Below, one piece after another: positions 42,201 to 56,281 of a stretch of 64,000 nucleotides of DNA. The notes beneath the pieces were generated by a model. The model was not told the DNA's origin. It worked only from the letters and a program-made list of their open reading frames with translations, and did no database searches. Source of the DNA: Guillardia theta CCMP2712 (Eukaryota; Protista; Cryptophyta). The DNA lies in NCBI RefSeq assembly GCF_000315625.1, contig NW_005434615.1:254852-318851 (forward strand), read 5' to 3'. The position numbers and the translations under genes are program-made. Position 1 is the stretch's first letter, and every line of letters starts with the position of its first letter.

Positions 42201-45200
42201 TCTACGTTTCCCTCCCCTCTCTGGATCCCTCCACCAGCAATGCTCAGAGCTCTGAGAGGGTCAGGTTGTGGGTAGACAACAGTCTGCTTGTTGATCAGTG
42301 GGTATCCCTTGGAGCCGGACCATCATACAGTGGCACTGCTACCTTCCCCATGCCCAACGAATACTACAACATCCAAGTAGACTACAAGATCACATCCACT
42401 CAGAATCTTCGCGGAATCAGACTTGAGTACGAGAACGTGGCTAGTCGCCTTCCGCTCTTGTACGGCGAGCCTGCTGTGAACTCAACCGATGTTGTCACAA
42501 GAGGTAGTATAGATGCTGGATTCGTCGGATCATCCTGACGCACTTTCGCAACAGGTGTCATCCGTTCGGATCGTTTGTTCTCCACTCGTGTCTCTTCTCA
42601 AGTTCAGAGGGACGACTATCATATTTGGGACACAGACTACTATGATTCCAGCAAGGTATGGAATGTAGATTGGAAAGTTCCAAGAATCTCCCAGTGGAGC
42701 AAGACCAACGGGTGAGAATTACTCCGTTATCTACAGCCGTTCGATTGACTTTCTTGTTCAGATGCCCAACGACACCTGGTTCGTTGAGGTACGACGAATG
42801 CAGAGGACAAGGAACAAGAACGAATGAAATCCTTCGAGTCGATGTCAAACCAGCTGAGATCAGTGCTGATAATTGCAACGTGCTAGGAGATTCTCTCACG
42901 ATTGCCACTGCTGGTGTTACAAGAACTTTCACCTTGACTGCACGTGATGCCTACGACAACCAAAGGGACGCCACAGATGATGCCTTCATCGCCCGTGCAA
43001 CGCTTGTCGATTCAACCAGCCAGGCATTCCATGGAACTTTCGTGCACCAAGATTGGCAAACACTGCATGATGTCAATGGTGAGCTGAATAATCCTGTGTG
43101 GGATCAGAACGGAAAGTATGAGGTGACCTACGTTGTAACAAGATCTGGAACCTTCCAGAACGTGATTCAGGAATTGGACACTGGCGGCAGAGGTATGTGG
43201 GGCACTTACTTTGTTGGGTCGCTCTTGGAACAAGGCAAACTGTTGGGAACTGAATTGGAAACTACCTTGGACTTTGCATGGGGCTCTAACAATCCCCTCA
43301 ATGCTTCTTCACCATACCAGGGCTGCTGGAGCGCTCGTTGGGTTGGATTTGTGAATGGCAACTATTCTGAAATCTTCACCTTCACCGTAGTCACTGATGG
43401 AGGAGTGCGACTGAAGTTTGATGACGTCACCATCATCGATCAGTGGAACTCTACAGCAGCAAATGAGTTCTCAGCTACCGTCCAGATGGTTCAGGGAGTC
43501 TTCTACGACCTCGAAGTCGAGTATGTTACAGGAGCAGTTGGAGACAAGAATTTGCAGTTGTACTGGCAATCGAACTCTCAAGTCAAAGACATCGTGTCAA
43601 ACTCCAACCTACGGGTAGAATCTAATGTTGTCGGACTTCCTTCCAACTCTGGAGGTCCCAACGGAGGATTCAACACGTTGTTCGTCCATCCAACTGTGGT
43701 TTGCGCAACGACTTCATCCGTCGCAGGCGCTGGCCTCACCATTGCCACAGCAGGAGTGCAGGCCTCGTTCTCTGTAAGTCGAATTTGATCAAATGTAACT
43801 TGCTGATATCACGAACAGGTTTGGAGCAAAGATATGTATGGCAACCTTAGGGACGATGCCAACGATATCCTCGTTGCCCGTATGTTCCCTGACGACTCTG
43901 ACACAGAGTCTGGCATCACCTTTGCCGGCACTGGTCTCCAGGCCACTTACTATGATGCACTTGGTTTTGCTCTTCCAACGCAGGCAACGGCTACTGGTGC
44001 AACGATCGGCAACGGAGTCGCAAGCACCCCAGGCTATTTCAGCTTCTCTTCGTCTGCAACTCCCTTCGCAACCTCCCAGTATGGATGGAGTGTGCGTTGG
44101 GAAGGAACGATCCGCCCATCTTACTCAGAGCTCTATGACTTCACTGTGAATGTGTCAAGTGCTGACCGAGTGAAGTTGTGGATTGATCAGTCTTTGATCA
44201 TTGATCAGTGGAGTTCCTTGTCATCTACTGCTCCAATCGGATCTTACCAGAACGATGGTCTGGTTCACAGCATCAAGATTGACTACCGCAAGCTCTCTAC
44301 TTCACCCTACGTGTTTGCCCTGCTTTGGAACGCAACTTCAGTTCCACTAGAGGAGGTCTCACCAGTGGTGCTCTATCCTTGCAAGTATCCAAGCACTTTG
44401 AATGCTCATGGAACTGCTTGCCAAGTCGACAGCAAAATACAGACCGACACGAACATGGCACAGAACCTCTCATATGGCGTCACAACCTTCAGCGACTTTG
44501 GATTCTACAGGCTCCAGCCGGTTCCAAACTCTTCGACAGCAACAGGTAAATTCTCCATGCATAGCTCGTTGTTCTTCTGACTCCTTTCCGCAAAGCGTTC
44601 GGACCCTTCTCGGGCAATCGTCGTCCATTTGGATACGTACAGACCCGGGCAGGATCGCACACGGTTGCGATCGATGAGGTTGCCTACAACTTCGATTACA
44701 GGAGCGGCACCTTCCGTAGTGTTCCAGGCCTGGGCCTCATGGCAACGTTTTATGACACTCCTAGCTTCGGAACTGCGCGCAACAGCTTCGACTGCGGCAT
44801 GGGCCAAACGAACTGTCTTACAACAAACATTGACTGGTCAACAGCTGGTTTGGATGGACCATACTCGTGAGTCATGTGATTCTCCTTCTCCTTCTTCTGA
44901 ATCACTTTGCAGTCTTGCCTCGGACGGAAGCTTCAGTGCCAGATGGACTGGCATGGTGAGGATTGATCCGAATGTGTCGGACGGAGTCTTCGCTATGGAG
45001 CTCAACGAGAACGGAAAGGAAGAGCGAGTGAAGCTTTGGATCGACAACAGCCTTCTCATCGATCAGTGGGTCTCTCTCAGTGCAACAGCCCTTGAGACCC
45101 AGAAGAATGCTTACCTCCCTGGAGAAATGTACAGCATTAAGGTTGAGTACAAGAAGGTCCTTGCTTCTTCTGGGTCCGGAGCGTTGCTCAGATTGAAATG

Positions 45201-48200
45201 GAACAATGCTACCGTCCCCCGAGACAGCTTGTACCCGGCTCATGTAGTTTCAGGAACATACAAGAGGGTAAGAGTGAATCCAGCCCTTGCCTTCGCGCCT
45301 TCGTGCGAGGTACATGGAGTTGGATTGACACTTGCCACTGCGGGTCAAGAAGCGTCCTTCTTGATCCAGAGCAAGGATGCGTACAACAATGTCCGTGGTA
45401 TTGGCGGCGATCTGTTCGGTAAGTAACTTCTGTGAAAATCATTTTATTGTTGTGATGGCTTCCACGACTATGAAATTTCTTGGTGACACGTTGCGTTTTC
45501 AGTCGTCCGGGCCTTCTCCGATGGCTGCCAATCCTTGAATCCCGGGCGTGACACTCTCTGCAATGGCTACACTGGATCAAGGTCCCCTGACAGCTCGACA
45601 TACCAGATGGATGCTGCTTGCAGTGACGCGGCAGAATGTGCTCCCTACCCTCCTCAGGTCGGCTCCAACGGCCCGAACCTGCAGGGCGACCTCATCCGTG
45701 GAGGAACATATATCAATGAGATCGTCGGAATCTCTCTTGTTTCAGATTCCACCGGGCGGGTCATTCCCGTCGGTTCATCCACCACTCAGATTATGCTCCA
45801 GCCTGGACATTTTGCAACTGCCGATGTCTACGTAGGGGCAGCATTGACCATCAGCGGCTGTGACGCTGCCAAGTCTGTGAACCTGACGATCGTAGCGTAC
45901 GATTCGAATCGTATTGCCACACTGGTAAATGATGGATCGAATCTTTGTAGATGTTGCTGACCTCTTGTGTGTTTGCAGAGCGAGGCTCTTCCTGCAGTGC
46001 CTGACACGACGTGCGTCTATGCAATTAACGCCTCCAAGACTGTTGCGTACCTGGACAGTGCTGCCAGCGCTGTGGACGATGCTTACACCGATTACAACAT
46101 CATGTTCACCTCAGGTCCTTGCATCGACCGTTGGACGAGGATCCTCGGGTATGCTGGAGGACAGCTGGATGTTGCAAAGGTTGCCTACCTTCAGGCCAAC
46201 AACACTCCTTGGATCCAAGGATCGATCCAGTCGGTTGTGAGCACCAGCCAGCTCGTGTTGGACACTTCGTCGCCGACGAACGATGACTGGAGAGGAATGT
46301 GGTTGACAATCAACGATGCGACGGGAATGCAGCAGCACAAGACCAAGATCATCTCGTCTGTTGGGGCCACCATCACGCTTGCAACCAGCATCCCCTCCAC
46401 GATCAGTTCGGAGGATTTGGTTTCTTTCATCATCCACGGATGGGAAGATGGTGGTCGCCCCTGTGACGCCAGCAGCGGAAGCGTGAAGCTCATCCCCAAG
46501 GTGTGCAACACAGTCATCGACCAGGGAACAGTGCAAGCTGTGGGATACTCGGTCGTTGCTGCCACCATTGACGACCAGGGCTCTGGCTACTTTGCTGGAG
46601 ACTTGGTTGTCAATTGCAGCGGTGGATGCTCAGGATGGGGTTTGATGGGCAAATGCATCAATTCCAGCACTGGAACAGGTCTTAAAATCGTCATCACCAA
46701 CAGCGGAAGGTGAAGCCCCTTCTGTCCTCCCGCAGTGCGCTTGTTCTGACGTTGATGCCTGCAGGTCATACTCACCTTCCAGTCCTCCTCAAGTCTCCTG
46801 CCCTTCGAACAGTCCTTCCTCCCCAATGGTCGTCACGGTATCCTTGGCTGTGAGGGAGATTCAACTTGCTAGCTCGGCCTCCATAACCGCTGGGGCATAC
46901 GTGGGATACACTTTGTCTGCTGATGGGTCCGGGGAGAAGAGGACTATTGCGATGTACTTCGCTAATCGCACTGCTGTCGTCTCTCAGTCCTTCACCGACT
47001 CTCCGCTCGCCTCTCGCAACTTGTACACAGTGTCCGGCTGCCTCGGGTCGCAGGGCCCTCTCTACTGCCCGCAGTGCCCTCGGATCATCCGTGCGGATGT
47101 TGTCGACAACGGAGACTCCACATACAGTGCCGTCTTCACTGGAACGAGGAAAGGACAGTACACTGTCGTCACTTCACTTGTCAGCGCTGGAGGGCTTACG
47201 AGCACCTACTACAATGACCTTGACAACACTGTCTCCTTGAACTTCGGTGAGGGAAATCCTCAATCATCTAGAGTAGACAACATCTTGGATTGGTCGTCTG
47301 CAGACGGAAGCCTCCCTACGTCGTTGAGCGGAAGCAAGGTACCCCTCCTTGCTCCTCCTCTTCTGGCCTTGTGTACTGACTTCTTTCTTTCTCCCAGTTT
47401 GGAGTTCGCTGGGTCGGATTTGTGCGGCCATCGCAAGCACAGCAGTACACGTTCTCGATGAATCTGTTCAGCGCTGGCAACCAAGAGCGCGTGAAGCTTT
47501 GGGTTGACAACAGCATCATCATCCAACAGTGGACTTCCCTGTCCAGCACCTCCCCCAGCGGAACTATCGGATTCGGAAAAGGAAATGGATACTATGACAT
47601 CATGGCCTTGTACAAGTGCACAACAGGCTGTAGCACCGCAGGCTACACTCTCAAGTGGCAGTACCAGACCACCACATCGACCAGCTCCGCCACCACTTTG
47701 GAAACCATCACGTCTGACAGGCTGTTCCAGAGGCTGGACGTCCCCAACGCTGCTTCAGGGCTCCGCATCCAGCCTGCCGTCACCTGCGCCAGCGAGAGCG
47801 TTGCCTTCGCGCAAGGCCTCACCCTGGCGACTGCAGGCGTTGGCTCGAGCTTCACGATCAGAAGCAAGGATGCGTATGAGAACGTGCGGGAGGACACCAG
47901 CGCTTCCTTCACTGTGAGCCTTCATGGGTCGGGCGGCACCCCAGTGTACGCAGGAGCTGTCATTGCCAATGCTCCTTCCACTTTGGCCACCTACACTGGA
48001 TCCTTCACTCTGCAGAACGCCAAGGGCTACGAAGTGTTCATCAAGCATGGCAATGACAACGTCAAGGGTTCGCCCTTCACGCTCACTGTCAAGCCAGCCA
48101 CTACCTGTGGAACCACGAGCACGATCAGAGGCACTGGACTCACCATGTCCTCGATCTCTCCCACCAAGTCTGCCTTCACCATCCAGGCTCGCGATCAGTT

Positions 48201-49160
48201 TGGCAACGCCAAGACCACAGGGCCGAACCAGCAGGAGTTCATCGTGCGTGTGGTGAGAACCTCGGGCATCAACAAGCAGGGAACCAACGGGCTTCCTCCC
48301 ATGTACGACTCCACCGCCATCAACGTCCAGGGCACTCTACATGCCGACTACAACACGCCGACACTGGACGGCAGCCTTTCCGGCTACTACCAAGTTCCGC
48401 CAACTCCTGACCCCGCGAGTTTGATCCACTACCTCTACGCCTCATGGACTTCGGTCGGCGGCGTCGCAGCGACTTACTACACCTACACAGAGGTCGGGGA
48501 GGGCGGGACGTGGAGCTCGCCGTTGGACACTCTAGTGTCAGGGGCGGCAGCGAATAAGCGGATGGGCAAGATCGGAACGAACGCAGACAACACGTCGGCA
48601 GTGAACGAAGCGAGTGCCGGGCTATGGGGAGGCGCAGGGCTGCAGGCAACCGACAGCGCGTTCGCTATCCGATGGAATGGAATGTACATGAACACCAACC
48701 AGACCACCTACTTTAAGTGGGACAGCGGGTTGCCGTCTGACCGCGTTCGCCTGTGGATCGACAACGTTCTTATCATCGACCAGTGGAGCTCTCTTTCTCA
48801 GGTGACCCTCCTCCCTCCCCTCCTCCTCCCCACTCTCATCTCACCCTCTTTTGCTATTCCATCCTCTAACGGCTCCCGCAGAATTCCACGAATGCCTCCT
48901 ACGTCTTTGACAGCATCGGCCAGCTCTACGACATCCAGCTTGACTGGAAGCGAGCAGCGGGCTCTCCGGCCACCTTCGTGAACTTGCAGGACTCCGAGGA
49001 CGAGGTCACGTACACGGACATTCCCAGCAGTCGCCTCTATGTCCAGGTAGACCTCCTCCTCCTCCTCCTCCTCCTCCTCCTCCTCCTCCTCCTTGCCTCT
49101 GACCTTTTCATGCAGGAATTCATATCGGGGTCGCCTTATTATGTTTCTGTCAGCTGCTAA
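27283..49160 (+). CDS. Gene B: giant secreted filamin-repeat/PA14-domain protein, roughly 6,500-6,900 aa, multi-exon
   Basis: Signal peptide MQTKSRLLAASTKVLVVYIVIVLSSYASA|E; first intron 27521-27569. About 18 repeats of S...G.GL..ATAG....FTI.ARD..N.R..GGD.F.V....D..DG.Y.V.Y...G.Y...GSPF (filamin/ABP280-type). About 17 domains of GGL.ATYY...F.VRW.G..P..Y.F...RVKLW.DN..IIDQW...Y.I..EYK...L.W...I.S..L (PA14). It ends EFISGSPYYVSVSC* with no TM helix in the spliced form. Confidence 0.88.
49052..49093 (+). repeat. (CCT)n microsatellite in the last intron of gene B
   Basis: Directly visible inside intron 49047-49115. Confidence 0.9.
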
Positions 49161-49375
49161 GACTCTCCAGTCCCCCTCTTTTCTCTTTCCTCTTTGTTAT
49201 TTTCATCTAGTGAGTGAGTAAACTGAATGCAAATAAATGCTCTCCTCCCTCCTTCCAGTCCTCTCCCCTCCCTCCCTCCTTCCAGTCCGCTGCTCCGTCT
49301 TCCTCTCCGTCCTCGTCCTCGTCCTCGTCCTCGTCCGTTCCGACTGCTTCTGAGCTATCAGAGCTCTCCTTGCTG

Positions 49376-52019
<2,644 letters not shown>

Positions 52020-52199
52020 TGATCATAGACCCGCAGCTGCAGCACTTGCTTCACGATCTCCGCATGCTCGCATCGCGTCACTTGTCCCTGCCGCTTGCTC
52101 GTCCTCGCCGAGACAAGTCTCGAGCATCGACCCGACTTCTCTCCTCTTCCTCCATCTTCCCCTCTATGATCCCTTGACCCTCATTTTCCGTCCATACTC

Positions 52200-52640
52200 G
52201 GTCTGAGGCGGGTTCGGCGTGTAAGGTGCCCGGCCGGGCCGGGGCCCCGGCGTCACGGACCGGGCCGGGCCGGGCCCCCGTCGGGGGGCGGGCCGGGGAG
52301 ACTGGGGGAGGGGTCACAAGGGCAGTTGTGGCATTCCGGACCGCCCCCGTTACTAATAGTTGCCACAATGCGGCCGCAGGGCCGGCCGTAGCGCCCGACG
52401 GACTGTTGCCGGGTGCGGACTTGGAAGCCTTGAAAGACTTATTCGCCCGGCCTACTCGGAGTTCTGTTCGACCCCGGCTGCGGCTTCAAGGCTTGCTTGC
52501 TGCGGCTGCCCGGCCACCGGGTACTAAGACCGACTTTGAACGCCCGGGCCCTGTCGGAGTCCGACTCCCAGTGGCACTGGGACGGTCTGGCCCGGCGCAC
52601 TGCGGCTGAGGCCGGCGACAGAGTCGAGGCGGGCTTGCAA
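52200..52640. promoter_or_regulatory. GC-rich island between the divergent RecQ and TPR genes (putative bidirectional promoter)
   Basis: Dense CCGG/GGCC/CCCGGG words and short palindromes such as CCCGGCCGGG; head-to-head position. Confidence 0.45.
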
Positions 52641-52647
52641 CGTGACT

Positions 52648-54119
52648 ATGGCTGGTCGAGCGAAGGTACGGACTGCGAACATGCAGCGAGGAGGAGGAGA
52701 GGAAGGGAGGAGAGGAGGAGATAACAGAGAAAGGAAGTAGAGGAGGACATGACAAGAGGGAATGGGACAGAAGGACAGATAAAGCTAACGAGATGTGAAA
52801 CGTACTCAAGTAGACACAGGATCTCAGAGAGCTTTATATGCTTGCATGCTTGTTTCTCTGTGTAAACCATCTCATAGGTGGTGGACCCCAAGCTCGTTAA
52901 CATGCATCACTGCGTTGTCAATGCAGTGGACAACAAACAGCTGAAGAAAGTTCTCATGAAGTGTAAAGAGGGTGCGTCTTTGATCACGAGTTGTCAGTAT
53001 TCGAAGGCCACGAATGTTTTCACCAAACAGAAGCCAATGATGGAGTCCAACTCGTCCGTCGCTTGGGTGGTAGCGAATGGTCTCGGCCTCGCCTTACATC
53101 TGAGCGGGAGCCTCCATGCCGCCGACCATGAGCTGAAGAACGCGTTGAGAAACTGCGAGTCGCTCTCATCGCAGGGATACACTCATGACGCCTACACGGA
53201 CTTGGCCGGGTGCCTCAACGACCTCGCGGTGAACGAGAGCGTCATGCAGCTGGAGGAACCCTCTAGCCAGCCGGTAAAGCGCATGAAGAGAGCTCGCTAC
53301 ATGGCGGAGAGAGCATACAGACCCAACCAGCTGGTCCTGCACGGCTTGGACTCAAACCTTACTCTCCTACAAGCGAAATCAAGCTTGCAAGAGGCCAAGT
53401 TGCTAGCAGAGAAGAACGTGAAGGCTACTTCTTTCTTCTCGCCCAAGAAAGACAATCGCGACAACAACGAGTTGAGATTCCTGCACGCCAAGAACCTGGC
53501 AATGCTGGCTGACCTCAGACACAAGACTGGCTCGATCGAAGAGGGGTTGGAGACGGCCGAGCGGGCAAGGGAGATGCTCGAAGTAGAGGAACCGTCGGAT
53601 GTGCTGGAAGCAGCGAGAACTTTGAACGTGCTCGGGAATCTCTTCTGGACTGCAGCCTGTGTCAAGCGGAAGGTAGGACGAGGGACGGGAGCGGAGCAGC
53701 AGGAGGTGAACGCGGGCAGGGTCTATGAGCGCTGCCTTGCGATGATGGGGGACGCTGGATTCCGGAAGAGCCATCCCGACTATCTTGCAGTCTGGACGAA
53801 CTCGTTGGTGGTGAGGCGTTGGACGAGGGGGTTCCAAGAGATCGAAAAGGAGAGGTTGAGTTGCCTTCGAAGCGTCAGGTTGCGAGGGAAAAGTTTCACT
53901 GAGAAGGATCAGTGGACGTGTAACATCCACGACAGCCTCTTGAAGATAGGGAAGGGTGAGCCCAGTGTAACGAGTTGTTGCTGACCCACTGACTGTATGG
54001 ATACCTCAGAGGCCTCAAGGAAACAAGATGAGTCGTTCCAGGCCTTGATCAGCATTCCTCCCTTCAGGGTGGGCTTTGGGTTGTTCGACGTGGTGAATTC
54101 GCTGGAAGGGAAGAAGTAA
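52648..54119 (+). CDS. TPR-like helical-repeat protein (kinesin-light-chain-type TPR)
   Basis: ORF 52878-53984 contains LAGCLNDLA, AKNLAMLA..G..EEGL..AERA, AARTLNVLGNL and YERCL..HPD. Putative first exon MAGRAK (52648-52665); last exon after intron 53956-54009 ends LEGKK*. Confidence 0.65.
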
Positions 54120-54193
54120 GTGGCTATGCGTTTCCTTACCCTTGACGAATGAAACTCCGTTAACACTGAGGACTACGAGCTTCTGCTTCCACC

Positions 54194-55274
54194 CTATCCA
54201 TGTTGCGGCAGCAGCTGCAGGCAATTGTCACTACCTCGAAATGCCCTGTGGCAAATCTTTACCGAGTTGATGTAGACAGACGCAGGCATGCCCTCGCAGC
54301 CCCCTCCCATCCACTTTGGCATGTGGGAGGCAGGAATCCCTTCCTGCTCCATCTGCTTCATCGCCGAGGAGTGACTGGCAGGCTGTCAAGACCCCCACCC
54401 CCCTCGAGTGACTCGACTCACCCTCCAAGTAGGTTCACCTTGGCTACTGTGATGGGATGGAGCCACGGCTTGACTATCGCCCAAATCCCTCGGAAGAGCA
54501 TAGGAGTGTTCACGACGTAGATCTTCCACATCGTCTCCGGGTAGTAGTGAGTCCCGACGTCGAAAATCCTCTTCAGCAAGGCTCTCTTGGAGCTCTTGGT
54601 GAGGCTGAGGGACACTCCGTGCAGATCCACAACGAGAGTGTGTTTGTATCGCTGCACTCCCTTCTCCCTGCTCAGGTTCCTCTTGTACATCCCGTACGCC
54701 AGCATCCGCTGACCTTGCAAGGCTTCCAAACGCTTCTCATCCATCGCCTCCAACTTATCCATGTCGATATCACCAGCCTTCAGGCACTGAAGGAAATGGC
54801 CGTACTTGTCCGTCCCGCACATCGTCTCAGGCCAGTACTTGTGGAAGTTGTCTGCATCCTCCATCTTGTGCTTCAGGAAGTTGTAATAACCAATCTCCCT
54901 CCTCCATGCGTATATCTTCTTCATGGCGTCTATCGTTGCCTGCACACCATCAGTTCAGCTCCACACGCCAGCATTCAGTGCAAGCACCTGCATCCTCGGA
55001 TTCTCTGTGGCAAACCCACGGACGATTATGAGGACATCAAGAGGATCTTGTAACGCAAGTTGCTTCTCTTCTTCTGTCAGCGCAGCGATCACCCTGACCA
55101 AACCAAGTCAAATGATGACATGAAGACAGGAAACAAGTAACAGTCTAGAACATCACAAACAGAACGGTGTCGTGATTATGATGCAGAATACTCTTACCCA
55201 TCAAAGAAAGGCTTCTCTTCCTCAGTCATCGGACTTGCCTCCTCCCTTGCCTGCTTGTCTTCTATCGACGTCAT
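54194..55274 (-). CDS. CRAL-TRIO (Sec14-like) lipid-binding protein
   Basis: GTDKYGH, VVDLHG, YYPETMWKIYVVNTPMLFRGIWAIVKPWLHPITVAKV and IPASHMPKWMGG. N-terminal exons read MTSIEDKQ... The exact stop is uncertain. Confidence 0.85.
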
Positions 55275-55778
55275 CCCTAGCACACGATCCCAGTCATTCG
55301 CGGGTCAATCGCTTGCTGCCAGGAATCAAACATCCATTCTCATGGATCTCTCGATCTCTTTCTCACACTTTGCATCCGAACGTCAACCAACATAACAAGA
55401 ACACACATCATCCCCAATGTCTTCATCATGTCTCACAGAATCATACACGTGGACTATTCTCTATTTCCTGCACGTTCTCATGGTGACAGGATCCATCACA
55501 CGATGAAGCTCTCTACCATGCACAAGATCGCTCTGATGTCTGCATCGTACACAGGTCTCCTCCTCCTCACGTCCACCCTCCCTCGCGTCTCTCCTCGTCC
55601 TTCCAACGATCGTCCTCAGCAGCGCATGCGGGCCCCGACAGAATTGACCCCATCCCCTCAAGCAGGGTGACCCTACCATGTCCTTTCCCACGCACGGGAT
55701 ATAATTACCACCCCTCCCTGTGACCTTCCACCGCCCCCCAAACATTCATACCCGTTCCTACACCAGTGTGCCATTCCT

Positions 55779-55923
55779 CCTGCTCCTGCTCCTGCCCCTG
55801 CCCCTGCCCCTGCCCCTGCCCCTGCTCCCTGCCCCTGCCCCTGCCCCTGCCCCTGCCCCTGCCCCTGCCCCTGCCCCTGCCCCTGCCCCTGCCCCTGCCC
55901 CTGCCCCTGCCCCTGCCCCTGCC

Positions 55924-55978
<55 letters not shown>
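55779..55978. repeat. Compound hexamer repeat (CCTGCC)n(CCTGCT)n
   Basis: Directly visible and apparently intergenic. Confidence 0.95.
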
Positions 55979-56281
55979 TTGCGCATCCTTAACCCCTTTG
56001 GCTGCCCTTGCCTCTTATTCGTGATGCTTGCTCTCTGATCGAGCCTCCATTTCTTGCTTCGGGACAACAGGAGCTTGTCAGGCACTTCTTAGACATCTGT
56101 GCTTGCTCCCGCTGGTGATGCAGAGTTGAACGCATGATAGACCTTTGTTAATTGACGTATAAACTTTCCTTGTATCCCCCTCTTTGTCTTCATCCTATCC
56201 ATTGATCTAGCACCACATCCATCTATCCTACTCCATCCTCCGCCCCTCCCCTTGCAGAGACAGTACAAGGAACCATAACTA

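Noticed and set aside
31300-47035. Prophage or endogenous virus, suggested by phage-like modules
   Set aside because: The modules are in frame within a spliced, signal-peptide-bearing gene. No capsid, packaging ATPase, polymerase, integrase or terminal repeats were seen.
928-48707. Numerous 60-230 aa antisense and alternative-frame ORFs within genes A and B
   Set aside because: Expected shadows of long GC-rich coding sequence, with no recognisable domains.
55705-56085. RS/RG-rich, Pro-Ala or Leu-Pro ORFs (SR-protein-like)
   Set aside because: All derive from the hexamer repeat, which is open in several frames, and no flanking domain supports coding.
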